Virus record (IMG/VR): IMGVR_UViG_3300023174_002543
Coordinates: 62,001 to 126,000 of that record
Reading direction: 5' to 3' (one strand)
DNA: 64,000 bases
Shown: positions 29,901 through 39,810 of the stretch, in pieces
Layout: each line of letters opens with the position of its first letter
Position numbering within the stretch: position 1 is the stretch's first letter
The notes under the pieces: generated by a model
Seen by the model: only the letters and a program-made list of their open reading frames with translations
Databases searched by the model: none
Told to the model about the DNA's origin: nothing
Translations under genes and position numbers: made by a program

Positions 29901-30137
29901 GGTGTAGTTATTCAAATTCGTGAATTAGCAGTAGCAGTGGCAACCGCAACGTCTTCACCAGTAACAATTCAAAATCAAGGTAGTAATTTAACAACATCTA
30001 CTTCATTAATAAACTTTACCGGTAGTGGAGTAACATCTACTAATAGCGGTGGTAACGTAACAGTAACAATTTCAGGTGGGTCAGGCGGTGCAAGTAACGC
30101 CAGACTTACTGGATATAATTTAGTATTCGGAGGATAA
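26949..30137 (+). CDS. Long fibre protein with two FTGDG-type domains, ending NLVFGG
   Basis: 1062 aa; many QPNIT repeats, internal duplications, DP..DRG module. Confidence 0.7.
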   Translation: MSLVKIEPLIANNVANFTFGGLTITANAVFGNANLGNLASANHVIVTSNITAGNIGNTATYFYGNGYNLTGIVATTAASLVSGNSNVRLVANGNASISITGSSNIVVVSSAGVNVAGYLNATSLLGEAGNLSNIQAANVSGTVANANYSAYAGNITIAAQSNITSLGLLTGLSVNGNTSVIGNSNVVGNINVSGGNTNITGNLTANNITTSGSGGNISGANNISANTFTGTLTTASQSNITSLGTLTTLAIAGTGNVSGANLVSANYVAGTLTTAAQPNITSVGTLSGITSTGTVNFTGASNVSLGPIGNVKVTGGTTGQYLQTDGSGNLSWVTLSISGSSISNGNSNINIPSANGNINISAVGNANVLVVTGTGVNVSGTLNTTGNLTASNITTSGSGGNISGANNISANTFTGTLTTAAQPNITSLGTLTSLSAGDTTITGNLTVSGAFEYANVTSFRVKDPIIEQGGNTAGGALTSNDGYDRGQLLHYYTGSTATDAFMGWKNSGAEFIFASNASVSSEVVTVNTYGNIHTGNANLGNLTTSNYFAGTLTTAAQPNITSVGTLTNTTLGGSNSFTGGNLVSANYLTGTLTTASQPNITSVGTLTTLAIAGTGNVSGANLVSANYVTGTLTTAAQPNITSLGTLSSLIVTANITSGNANLGNVANANFFSGSGQYLTSVTAVTAGTVTTNAQPNVTSLGTLTSVTIGNSTSNTTMNASSITSNVNVALTGNNINLGPIGNIKISGGTAGYFITTDGAGNLSWGAASGGGGVSASGSNTQIQFNDNGSLGAVANLTFDKSTNTLSTGRVVTSIGANLGSNISNVYIGGGSANQILKTDGSGNLSWVAQPVASITVDNFTGDGTTTAYTLSVTPTSINQTIVNYNGVFQLRTSAYTLSGTTLTFTEAPSEGSTIEVTTTLGAMSGAGAFVTRSYAGTGVLTTFAVTSGCTVNSVIVSENGLIQTPTTDYTISGSTLTFVVAPANGVVIQIRELAVAVATATSSPVTIQNQGSNLTTSTSLINFTGSGVTSTNSGGNVTVTISGGSGGASNARLTGYNLVFGG

Positions 30138-30138
30138 C

Positions 30139-30510
30139 ATGGCAGCACCAAATTTAATCGGGGCAACAACAATAAACGGTAAAACCGCAGGGGCAAATTT
30201 AACAACAACAAGCGCAACACTAGTATTAAACAATGCGTCAAGTTCTGGTAAATGTTTGAAAGTAAACACACTAAACGTTACTAATACTACTAGTTCAGCA
30301 GTAAACATAACTATTGCATGGTACAATCAAGCAAGTTTAGGCGGCACAGCTTTTGCTATAGCAAGTGGTATGAGTGTTCCTGGTAATGCAACATTGAACG
30401 TAATTGATAAAAGTAGTCAATATTACTTAGAAGAAAATACAAGTTTAGGCGCCACCGCCGGTACCGGCAGTTCATTGATAGTAACTTGTAGTTACGAGGA
30501 CATTAGTTAA
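30139..30510 (+). CDS. Small beta-rich adaptor-like protein
   Basis: 123 aa; paralogue of 41919 (MAxPN..TTI.GKTAG, YLEEN.SL, CSYE.IS). Confidence 0.6.
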   Translation: MAAPNLIGATTINGKTAGANLTTTSATLVLNNASSSGKCLKVNTLNVTNTTSSAVNITIAWYNQASLGGTAFAIASGMSVPGNATLNVIDKSSQYYLEENTSLGATAGTGSSLIVTCSYEDIS

Positions 30511-30512
30511 AA

Positions 30513-31664
30513 ATGGTTAAAAGATACGTTGGCGGAGTTATGAGTGCTAACACCTTTAGTGTTACTACTACTTCTGCCAGTGGATTTTTTAACCCATCTA
30601 ATCATATACAGTATAAACAAGCAAGTTTATGGCCCGCCCAATATATTAGACCAACTACAGTAGATTATTTAATAGTTGCAGGTGGAGGCGCAGGAGGTGG
30701 CTGGACATTAGATGGTGGCGGTGGAGGTGGTGGCGGCTTTGTAACTGCAACAGGCGCTTCAATAACTGCAGGAACATTAACCATAACCGTCGGTGGCGGC
30801 GGGACATATACGTATAATACAGTATCTCCTGGTCAAAATAGTAATATATCTGGTGCGGGGATTACAAATACTGTTGCAACAGGCGGTGGTGGCGGCTCAA
30901 GTTACAATGGAACAAGTTATGTTAACGGCGGATCAGGTGGTTCTGGTGGTGGCGCCGGCGGTTCTGGTACCGGCGGAGCGGCAAGTCCTGCTGGACAAGG
31001 TAACGCAGGCGGCAACGGTGCTCAAGGCAGTAAAAATGCAGCCGGTGGCGGAGGCGGTGCAGGAGCAGTAGGAGCCGTAGGTATCGCAAACGGAGCAGCC
31101 GGAAAAGGCGGAGATGGATTAACTTCCGCATTACTACCTTCAGCATCAAGTACATCTAGTAATACATTGGGCACCGGTACATTATCATTCACGGTGGCTA
31201 GTGGACTGCTTTTTGTTGCGGGACAATCGATACGTGTATACAATAGTGTAGGAAACTATATGTATGGTGTTGTTAATAGTTATTCGGGCACTACATTAAG
31301 TTTTAACAGTGTCTATTCTGTTGGGTCTGGTACATACACAAGTTGGACAATTGACTATGTGTTTTCTGGTGGTGGCGGTGGATCTTCAGAGGCAGCAACA
31401 AATGCCGGTGGTGCCGGCGGCGCAGGCGGCGGCGGCCGGGGTGCAGGAAATCAACAAGGTTTTACTGCTGGTTCAACAAATAGCGGTGGTGGAGCTGGTG
31501 GTGGATATAGTAGTTCCGGTGTTAATGGCGGCAGTGGAATGGTAATAATTAGACATAGTAGTAGTAGTTCACAAGCACTTAGTTCAATAGGTAGCCCAAC
31601 AATTTATACTTCAGGTGGATACACAATATATATGTTTACTGGATCAGGCAGTTTAACTTTTTAA
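30513..31664 (+). CDS. Glycine-rich-domain protein with a ~75-aa inserted module
   Basis: VDYLIVAGGGAGGG ... GGSGMVIIRH ... YTIYMFTGSGSLTF; non-Gly insert at ~31131-31357. Confidence 0.7.
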   Translation: MVKRYVGGVMSANTFSVTTTSASGFFNPSNHIQYKQASLWPAQYIRPTTVDYLIVAGGGAGGGWTLDGGGGGGGGFVTATGASITAGTLTITVGGGGTYTYNTVSPGQNSNISGAGITNTVATGGGGGSSYNGTSYVNGGSGGSGGGAGGSGTGGAASPAGQGNAGGNGAQGSKNAAGGGGGAGAVGAVGIANGAAGKGGDGLTSALLPSASSTSSNTLGTGTLSFTVASGLLFVAGQSIRVYNSVGNYMYGVVNSYSGTTLSFNSVYSVGSGTYTSWTIDYVFSGGGGGSSEAATNAGGAGGAGGGGRGAGNQQGFTAGSTNSGGGAGGGYSSSGVNGGSGMVIIRHSSSSSQALSSIGSPTIYTSGGYTIYMFTGSGSLTF

Positions 31665-31679
31665 CAATTAGAGAATACA

Positions 31680-34600
31680 ATGACAACAAAGATTGCACTT
31701 ACAAACATAGCAGATACTGCACTAGCGACACTGACAGGTCCAAAGATTACTACGATTGTTTATCCAGGTGATGATACTGCAACTGACGTAGCAGGTGGAC
31801 AAACAATTAACTTAACCGGTAATGGATTTCAAAGTGGTTGTAGTGTATTGGTTGCTAGTACTGCGTCTAGTGTAGTCACCTTTATTAGTGCAACACAAAT
31901 TAGTTTTCTTGCTCCTGCACTATCAGCAGGTACGTATGTTATATACGTTATTAATCCAGATGGTGGCACTGCTATTAGTATTCCAGGTATTAGTTATAGT
32001 GGAACACCAAATTGGTCAACTAGTGCCGGTACACTAGGTACTGTATATGAAACAGGTAGTATTAGTGCAACACTAACTGCCACAGGCGATGCACCAATCA
32101 CATATACATTAGCAACCGGTACATTGCCACCAGGTTCTTCATTGAATAGTAATGGAACATTGTCAGGTACTGCACAAGCAACAGGAAGTGCAACTACATA
32201 TAATTTTACAATTAAAGCAAGTGATGCACAGAATCAAGATACAAATCGTGCCTTTAGCATTACAATCAATCCAGACGTTGTAACATGGAGTTCGCCGGCA
32301 AGTCTTGCAACATATAACGTAAATACAAATACTCCGATTGCAAACGTGACGATGAGTGCAACTAGTGCGGCAGGTGGTAGTATTACATATACTGCTGATA
32401 CATTACCGACTGGTTTAAGTATTACTGGTGCAAATATTGCAGGTACACCAACCGTTGTTGCTAGTACTACAACTGTGTTGACTGCTACTGCAACAAGTAC
32501 AAGAACTGCAACAAGAACAATAAATTGGGTTGTTACTGTTGCTAATGATACATATTGGAAAAACACTACATTGTTATTGAACGGTGAGACAACGGTTACA
32601 CCATTTATTAGTGACGCAAGTAGTAACAGTTTTGGTTTAACTATTAATGGTGATACAAAACCTGTATTGTTTAATCCATATCAAGGTGGTTATTATAGTA
32701 ACTATTTTAATGGAAGTAGTGATTATTTAGTTGTCACATACAATTCTTCATTTGCTATTGGCTCTAATGATTTTACTATTGAAATGTGGTTAAATTTTGG
32801 TGCTGTTGGAAATCAACCGTTAGTAGGAAGTCTAGCATCTAATGGTACAGGAGCCGGATGGGAATTACTTTATAATTTTAGTGTCACTGCTTTTAGATTT
32901 TTCTTTAATAATGCTTATATTACTTTTAATAGTTTCACTCCTACTATAGGTACTTGGTATCATGTAGCACTGACTAGGGTATCAACTAATGCAATATTGT
33001 ATATCAATGGTGTTTCATATGGAACTCAGGCTTTATCAGCAAGTATTGCATGGTCATCCGGTAATATGTTAATAGGCGCCTTTACAGACCTTACAGTAGG
33101 TTGGTTTAATGGATATATTTCTAATTTGCGAGTAGTTAATGGTACCGCAGTTTACACATCAGCATTTACACCAAGTACAACACCATTAACCGCAATTACA
33201 AATACAAGTTTATTGACAAATCAAAGTAATAGATTTATTGATAAATCAACTAACGCATTAGCAATAACAATAAATGGTTCACCACAAATATCACCTAATA
33301 TACCATTCACTGCAAACAGTAGTTACAGTACCTATGGTAGTACATACTTTGATGGTAGTGGGGATTATCTATTACCACCGGACAGTTCTTTGAACTTATC
33401 TACATCTAGTTGGTGTATAGAATATTGGATGTACCCGACAACCATATCTAGCGGTTATTATGGATTATGGGCCTGTAATAGTAGTACAGGTTTTAGACAA
33501 GGTATCTATACTGATTCAGGCACACATTATATAGTTGTATTGAACGGAGGCGGCGGCTATGGTGGAATGGTTCTAACTGCTGCAAATAAAGTTATTACAA
33601 CTAATACGTGGTTTCACGTAGCTCTTGCTTGTGATGGTACTACAATCCGACAATTTGTTAACGGAGCATTAACAACTACTGGATCAGCATCAACATTTGC
33701 TTCATCTGGTCCTTCAATAGGTTCATGGGCCACTACTAATTATTTTAATGGGTATATGAGTGATTTCCGTGTAGTTAAAGGTACGGCAGTCTACACAACT
33801 ACATTCACCCCACCTACATCACCACTAACAGCAATAACAAACACAAGTTTATTAACACTACAATACAACGGTGGTGCAACTAATCAAGCTATTATAGATA
33901 ATAGTAACTTCAATAATATTATTACAAGAGCAGGTAACACAAGTCAAGGTACATTTAGTCCTTATAGTCAAACAGGCTGGAGTACTTACTTTAATGGCAC
34001 CAATGATAATGTAACAATAGCATCAAATACTTCTTTAAATATTGAAGCAGTTGATTTTACTATTGAAGCATGGATTTATATGAATGTAATGCCTACTGCT
34101 ACGTCAACGACAGGTTGGGGTAGTGATTATGATAGTTGGTTTGTGATATATGAAAGAAGTGCAGGTGGTACAACCGGTTGGCAATTTAGAGTTGGTGCAA
34201 CATTATTGACATTGGGTGGTACCGGTGATAGTTCAATATGTTGGGGGACACATGGAATGTCTGCTGGTACATGGTACCATGTAGCAGTATCTAGACAATC
34301 CGGAACTTATAAATTATTTGTGAATGGCACCTCATTATCATTGACTACTCAAGCAGTATCTATGGCAACCTCAGGAGCATACTATATTGGTTCTGAAGAC
34401 ACATCAGGTGCTAACTTTAAGGGTTATATTAGTAATTTACGTGTAATTAAGGGCACCGCATTATATACTGCCGGATTTACTCCACCAACAAGCCCGTTAA
34501 CTCCAACCACAGATACAGTTTTGTTAACTTGTCAATCTAATAGATTAGTTGATAATAGCAGTTCATTAAATACAATCAGTAGAACTGGAACAAATACATC

Positions 34601-36494
34601 AATTCAAGCCTACTCACCATTCGGTAGTATACGTGAAGCAGTGCCTATTAGCTATAGTACATCATTTACAGGAAGTAACACCGACTCACTGAGTATAGCA
34701 GATAATGACAAACTTGATGCATTTACTGATTTCACAATTGAATGTTGGGTATATTTTACTTCAGTGTCAGGTGGTGTTGTATTGGCTAAAGGGTGGGACG
34801 CTGGTTCATTATTCGCACCATATCTAATTTATATTAATGGTGGTGATTTATCATTTACCGGAACATCTGCTTCAGGTTCTTGGGATCAACTCAATAAAGT
34901 TATAATTTCAAGTGTTGCGGTGAATACATGGTACCATGTTGCCGTAACTAGATCAGGTAGTTCATTGAAACTATTTTCAAATGGAGCACTAATTACTACT
35001 ATTTCTTATGGTACTACTTTGATGAATAGTACATCTGCCTTTACTATAGGTTCTGCAGGTGCAGGATATAATCCTATGACAGGCTATGTATCAAACGTGA
35101 GAATTATTAAAGGTACAGCATTATATACATCAGCGTTTACTCCAAGTACAACACCATTAACTACTACAAGTCAAGGTGCGACTGCTAGCCAAGTATCATT
35201 TTTGGGTTGTCAAAATACAACACAACTGGATAATTCATCTAATGCGTTTGCTGTTTCACAAACAGGTTCACCTAAAATTTACAAATTCAACCCATTCGGA
35301 TACACCGCACAGAGTGTCGTAAGTTATACCCCAAGTTTACATGGTGGTAGTGTTTACTTTGATGGTACCAGTGACTATCTAACCCTTGCTAATAATACTG
35401 CATGGTCTTCTTTATCAGGCGATTTTACAATTGAATGTTGGTTCTATTTTATGAACTCTACTCAGCAACAACAGGTATTATTTACCCAGCGTAGTTCTAG
35501 TACCCAATATGTACCGTACTTATTTTGGACTACTAACGCAACAATTGTGATGTATTCAAGTTCAGATAATGGTAGTTGGAATATCATTAACAATACGACT
35601 GTGGTATCTAGTTGGACCCCACAAACATGGAATCATTTTGCTTTTACTAGAAGTGGTTCTACTAATAGAATATTCTTTAACGGTGTTCAAACATATACCT
35701 ATACTAACTCATCATCATTTACTAATAGTGGTACATTTAACTTGGGTATGAGTCCCGGCGAAACAAATGCAGCAGCATATGGATATATAGCAGATGCAAG
35801 ACTTACAAAAACTGCAATATATACAAGTAACTTTGTACCACCAACGCAACCATTAACAAACTATTCTGCTAGTGTTCCTTCAGCATTATTATTGAACTTT
35901 ACTAACGGTGGTATAGTTGACCAACACGGTAGTAATGTATTAGAGAATGTGGGTAATGCACAGTTAAGTACTGCGGTTAAGAAGTATAATAACAGTAGTA
36001 TCTATTTTGATGGTACCGGGGATTACCTAAGTATGCCTTCAAACCAACTAATGAATTTTGGTACTGGTGATTTTACTGTTGAAGCGTGGGTGTACCCTAA
36101 TTCATTATCTAGTGATTGGTTTATAATAACCGCATCTGGTTCAGGTGGTTTCTTCATTGGATACTCATCCACTACTACTCTAGGATACGGTTGGGGACGT
36201 GTAGGGACAGCCTGGGACTATCGTGTTGCTTCTACTGCAACAACCGGTGCTTGGCAACATGTTGCAGTAACAAGAAGTGGTACTAGTATGAGATTGTTTG
36301 TTAATGGAACACAAGCCGGGACAACACAGACTATATCGACATCATATGATATGAGTACAACTAGTACTACAGTAGGAAGTCAGGGAGCAAACTATTATTT
36401 GAATGGTTACATAGACGACCTAAGAATAACAAAAGGATACGCACGTTATACTAGTAACTTCACCGCCCCTACATCAGCATTAATAACTAAGTAA
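31680..36494 (+). CDS. IPT/TIG + two Ig-like + six LamG/ConA-like domains; adhesin-like virion protein
   Basis: 1604 aa; six (F/W)(T/C)(I/V)E.W ... W.HVA/WNHFA ... motif sets; N-terminal stalk paralogous to 22714. Confidence 0.8.
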   Translation: MTTKIALTNIADTALATLTGPKITTIVYPGDDTATDVAGGQTINLTGNGFQSGCSVLVASTASSVVTFISATQISFLAPALSAGTYVIYVINPDGGTAISIPGISYSGTPNWSTSAGTLGTVYETGSISATLTATGDAPITYTLATGTLPPGSSLNSNGTLSGTAQATGSATTYNFTIKASDAQNQDTNRAFSITINPDVVTWSSPASLATYNVNTNTPIANVTMSATSAAGGSITYTADTLPTGLSITGANIAGTPTVVASTTTVLTATATSTRTATRTINWVVTVANDTYWKNTTLLLNGETTVTPFISDASSNSFGLTINGDTKPVLFNPYQGGYYSNYFNGSSDYLVVTYNSSFAIGSNDFTIEMWLNFGAVGNQPLVGSLASNGTGAGWELLYNFSVTAFRFFFNNAYITFNSFTPTIGTWYHVALTRVSTNAILYINGVSYGTQALSASIAWSSGNMLIGAFTDLTVGWFNGYISNLRVVNGTAVYTSAFTPSTTPLTAITNTSLLTNQSNRFIDKSTNALAITINGSPQISPNIPFTANSSYSTYGSTYFDGSGDYLLPPDSSLNLSTSSWCIEYWMYPTTISSGYYGLWACNSSTGFRQGIYTDSGTHYIVVLNGGGGYGGMVLTAANKVITTNTWFHVALACDGTTIRQFVNGALTTTGSASTFASSGPSIGSWATTNYFNGYMSDFRVVKGTAVYTTTFTPPTSPLTAITNTSLLTLQYNGGATNQAIIDNSNFNNIITRAGNTSQGTFSPYSQTGWSTYFNGTNDNVTIASNTSLNIEAVDFTIEAWIYMNVMPTATSTTGWGSDYDSWFVIYERSAGGTTGWQFRVGATLLTLGGTGDSSICWGTHGMSAGTWYHVAVSRQSGTYKLFVNGTSLSLTTQAVSMATSGAYYIGSEDTSGANFKGYISNLRVIKGTALYTAGFTPPTSPLTPTTDTVLLTCQSNRLVDNSSSLNTISRTGTNTSIQAYSPFGSIREAVPISYSTSFTGSNTDSLSIADNDKLDAFTDFTIECWVYFTSVSGGVVLAKGWDAGSLFAPYLIYINGGDLSFTGTSASGSWDQLNKVIISSVAVNTWYHVAVTRSGSSLKLFSNGALITTISYGTTLMNSTSAFTIGSAGAGYNPMTGYVSNVRIIKGTALYTSAFTPSTTPLTTTSQGATASQVSFLGCQNTTQLDNSSNAFAVSQTGSPKIYKFNPFGYTAQSVVSYTPSLHGGSVYFDGTSDYLTLANNTAWSSLSGDFTIECWFYFMNSTQQQQVLFTQRSSSTQYVPYLFWTTNATIVMYSSSDNGSWNIINNTTVVSSWTPQTWNHFAFTRSGSTNRIFFNGVQTYTYTNSSSFTNSGTFNLGMSPGETNAAAYGYIADARLTKTAIYTSNFVPPTQPLTNYSASVPSALLLNFTNGGIVDQHGSNVLENVGNAQLSTAVKKYNNSSIYFDGTGDYLSMPSNQLMNFGTGDFTVEAWVYPNSLSSDWFIITASGSGGFFIGYSSTTTLGYGWGRVGTAWDYRVASTATTGAWQHVAVTRSGTSMRLFVNGTQAGTTQTISTSYDMSTTSTTVGSQGANYYLNGYIDDLRITKGYARYTSNFTAPTSALITK

Positions 36495-36500
36495 TAAATA
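36494..36500 (+). promoter_or_regulatory. T4-type late promoter candidate ATAAATA
   Basis: Overlaps the stop codon; only 4 nt before the ATG at 36505, so the transcript would be nearly leaderless. Confidence 0.45.
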
Positions 36501-36504
36501 CAGT

Positions 36505-39500
36505 ATGGCTTTAACTAAAATCCCCGGTTTTGCATTAGATAGAACAAGTAATGTTACATTTGCAAATGCAAATGTAGTAGGAAACCTAACGTCTGGAAAC
36601 GCCAATTTAGGCAATTTAGCAACTGCTAATTTCTTCAGTGGAAACGGTAGTTTATTAACTGGTATTAGCACATCTATTGTATCTAATGGTAATAGCAATG
36701 TAAATATTCCAAGTGCAAACGGTAATGTCAATATATCCGCAGTTGGCAACGCTAATATTGCAGTTATAACTGGAACGGGTGTTAATGTAGCAGGATATTT
36801 AACTACAACAGGCAACATAACTGCTAATAACGTAACTGCAAATATTCTTGTCAGCACTATTGCTACTGGTACTGCACCATTAACTGTCACATCAAATACT
36901 AAAGTAACAAATCTAAATGCAGATTTACTAGATGGATATAATACTGCTACTGCAAATACCGCAAATACAATATCAGTAAGAGATGCAAACGGTAATTTAT
37001 CTGCAAATTTCTTTACAGGTAATGGATATTATTTAACTGGTATTGACCAATTAGCAGCTAATTCCGCAGATGCTGCAAACTATATTGCCAACGGAACAAG
37101 CAACATTAACACTCCAGTCGCTAATGGAAACATTACGGTTAGTATTGCTGGTGTAGGTAATACAGTAGTGTTTACTAGTACTGGTGTTAATCTATCAGGT
37201 TATTTAAATGCAACTGGTAATTTAACTGCAAGTAATTTATCACTAACCGGTAATGTAACTAGTGTACTAAATGTTACCGGTAATGCAAACGTTGGAAACT
37301 TAAACACAACTGGTAGCGTAAATGCAAACAATTTAACACTTACTGGTAATTTAGTTGTAAATGGTACAACAACAACTATTAATTCAACTACTACATATCT
37401 TGACGATCCATTACTTGAATTAGGTGGTAATACAAATGGTGCTGCATTACAAGTAAATGATGGTAAAGACCGTGGTTTATATCTACATCGTTATGAAGGT
37501 GTAGCTGGCTCAGGTGGTAAATTAGTAGATTCGTTCATAGGTTGGGACGATAGTAATGCAGAATTTTCATTTGGTAGTAATGTATATGTAACTAATGATG
37601 TAGTAACATTTAACAATCTTGGTAATGTTCGTGCAAATTACTTCTTTGGTAATGGTAGTCAATTAACCGGATTATCGGCAACTACTGCTATATCATTAAT
37701 TAATGGTAGTAGTAATGTTGTTGTAACAAATAACGGTAATATAACAGCTGGTGTAGGTGGTAACGCTAGTATAATGACATTGACACCCACTGGTGCAAAC
37801 TTTGGTGGGTATATAACAACTATTGGTAATATAAGTGCCGGTAATAGTGTATCAGCAACTTATTTCGTAGGTAGTGGTCAATATATAACTGGATTAGGAT
37901 CATTAAGCAATGGTACTAGTAATATCAGTATCCCAACATCTAGTGGTAACATTGTTTTTAGTGCAGGTGGCAGCTTTGCAATTTTACAAGTAACACAAAC
38001 AGGTACTAATGCATCAGGATATCTAACAGTCAGTGGCAACTTACTTGCAAATACTATTACATCAAATGGTTTTGCAAACATTCAAGGATCATTAACTGCG
38101 GCAAATGCTAACTTAGGTAACTTAGCAACCGCTAATTACTTTAACGGTACATTAACAACATTATCAAATAGCCAAGCTAATATTGATACTGTTGGTACAT
38201 TACGATACTTAAATGTATCTAATAGTACCGGTGGCAATGGTAATATTGTTTCTATCAATGCTACACTGGGTAATTTAGCAAGGGCTAACTTCTTTCAAGG
38301 TGATGGTGGTCTATTAACTAACATTGGTGCACCTAACTTAGTATTCTTAGGTAATAGTAATATTAACATTCCGTCTGCGAATGGAAACATTACGGTAACA
38401 GTTAGTGGTAATGCAAATACAGTTGTGTTTACTGGTACAGGTGTTAATGTTGCAGGTTATGCTAATATTACTGGTACTACTACAACAGGTAATTTAACTG
38501 TAACTAGCAATATAACTAGTGGAAATGCTAACTTAGGTAATTTAGCAAGCGCAAACTTTATCTCAGTTACAAGTAATATTACAGCTGGTAATTTAATAGG
38601 TTCATATGCTAATGGTAATAGTAATGTTAATATACCAAGTGCTAATGGCAATGTAAACATAAGTGCTGCGGGCAATGCAAATATTGTTATAGTAACTGGG
38701 ACCGGCGCAAATATTACAGGTACAGCGAATGTTAGTGGTAATTTAACTGCAGGTAATGCCAGTCTTGGTAATTTAGCAAATGCTAATTACTTGCAAGGTA
38801 CTTTAATAACACAAAATCAACCAAACATCACTGGTTTAGGTACACTATTAAACATTGTTGTTACTGCTAATGCTAACATAGGCGGTAATGTATTCATTGG
38901 TAATAGTAGTTCAAATATAACATTAGCCAATACTGGTGTTATTATTGCTACTGGTAATTTAACTGCACCAAATGCCAACTTAGGTAACTTAGTAACTGCA
39001 AACTACACAAATGCAGTATTAACAACTGCAGCACAACCCAATATTACAAGCATTGGAACATTAGGTAACTTAACAGTTACTAATAACGTATCAGCAAATG
39101 TGTTAACTACCGGTTCAGGAACTAACGGTAATTTAGTAATCAATCCAGACGGCACTGGTCAGTTAATTATTGATGCATCCACTCCGTTATTATTATCAGG
39201 TAATACACTAACTAGTAACGGTAATATTGCATTTAGTGGTGCAAACGTAACATTAGGTCCAGCAGGTAATGTACGTATTGCCGGTGGTACAGTTAATCAA
39301 TATCTAAAGACAGATGGCAGTGGTAATTTAAGTTGGGGCACACCTAGTGGTGGAGGCGGTGGCGGAACTGCATTAACTTATACTGCGGCAGCAACACCTC
39401 CCGGAACTGCAAACATTGCCGATCAATGGTATAATACAACTACAAATACTCTATATGAGTATATGAATGATGGTACTACAAGTTTTTGGATTGATATACA

Positions 39501-39801
39501 AACACCGACAGTTAGTTCAGCAAGTACAGGCAGCGCATTATTAGTACAAGATGAAGGTACTGCATTAACTTATACTGCAAACACATTGAATTTTACAGGT
39601 TCCGGAGTAACTGCAACTAATAGTGGTAATGTGGTAACTGTAACAGTAGGTGGTACACCATTAGCAATTCAATTACAGGGTACTAACTTAACAACAACAG
39701 CAAACACAATCAATTTCGTAGGTGGCGGAACTAGCGTCACTGCTTCAGGTAATGTAGCAACAGTAAACATATTAAGCCCATTCTTGTTAATGGGAGCATA
39801 A
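36505..39801 (+). CDS. Long fibre protein ending PFLLMGA
   Basis: 1098 aa; repeated SNGNSNVNIPSANGN.NISA.GNAN modules, DP..DRG module, DQWY module. Confidence 0.7.
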   Translation: MALTKIPGFALDRTSNVTFANANVVGNLTSGNANLGNLATANFFSGNGSLLTGISTSIVSNGNSNVNIPSANGNVNISAVGNANIAVITGTGVNVAGYLTTTGNITANNVTANILVSTIATGTAPLTVTSNTKVTNLNADLLDGYNTATANTANTISVRDANGNLSANFFTGNGYYLTGIDQLAANSADAANYIANGTSNINTPVANGNITVSIAGVGNTVVFTSTGVNLSGYLNATGNLTASNLSLTGNVTSVLNVTGNANVGNLNTTGSVNANNLTLTGNLVVNGTTTTINSTTTYLDDPLLELGGNTNGAALQVNDGKDRGLYLHRYEGVAGSGGKLVDSFIGWDDSNAEFSFGSNVYVTNDVVTFNNLGNVRANYFFGNGSQLTGLSATTAISLINGSSNVVVTNNGNITAGVGGNASIMTLTPTGANFGGYITTIGNISAGNSVSATYFVGSGQYITGLGSLSNGTSNISIPTSSGNIVFSAGGSFAILQVTQTGTNASGYLTVSGNLLANTITSNGFANIQGSLTAANANLGNLATANYFNGTLTTLSNSQANIDTVGTLRYLNVSNSTGGNGNIVSINATLGNLARANFFQGDGGLLTNIGAPNLVFLGNSNINIPSANGNITVTVSGNANTVVFTGTGVNVAGYANITGTTTTGNLTVTSNITSGNANLGNLASANFISVTSNITAGNLIGSYANGNSNVNIPSANGNVNISAAGNANIVIVTGTGANITGTANVSGNLTAGNASLGNLANANYLQGTLITQNQPNITGLGTLLNIVVTANANIGGNVFIGNSSSNITLANTGVIIATGNLTAPNANLGNLVTANYTNAVLTTAAQPNITSIGTLGNLTVTNNVSANVLTTGSGTNGNLVINPDGTGQLIIDASTPLLLSGNTLTSNGNIAFSGANVTLGPAGNVRIAGGTVNQYLKTDGSGNLSWGTPSGGGGGGTALTYTAAATPPGTANIADQWYNTTTNTLYEYMNDGTTSFWIDIQTPTVSSASTGSALLVQDEGTALTYTANTLNFTGSGVTATNSGNVVTVTVGGTPLAIQLQGTNLTTTANTINFVGGGTSVTASGNVATVNILSPFLLMGA

Positions 39802-39810
39802 GGAAAATAT

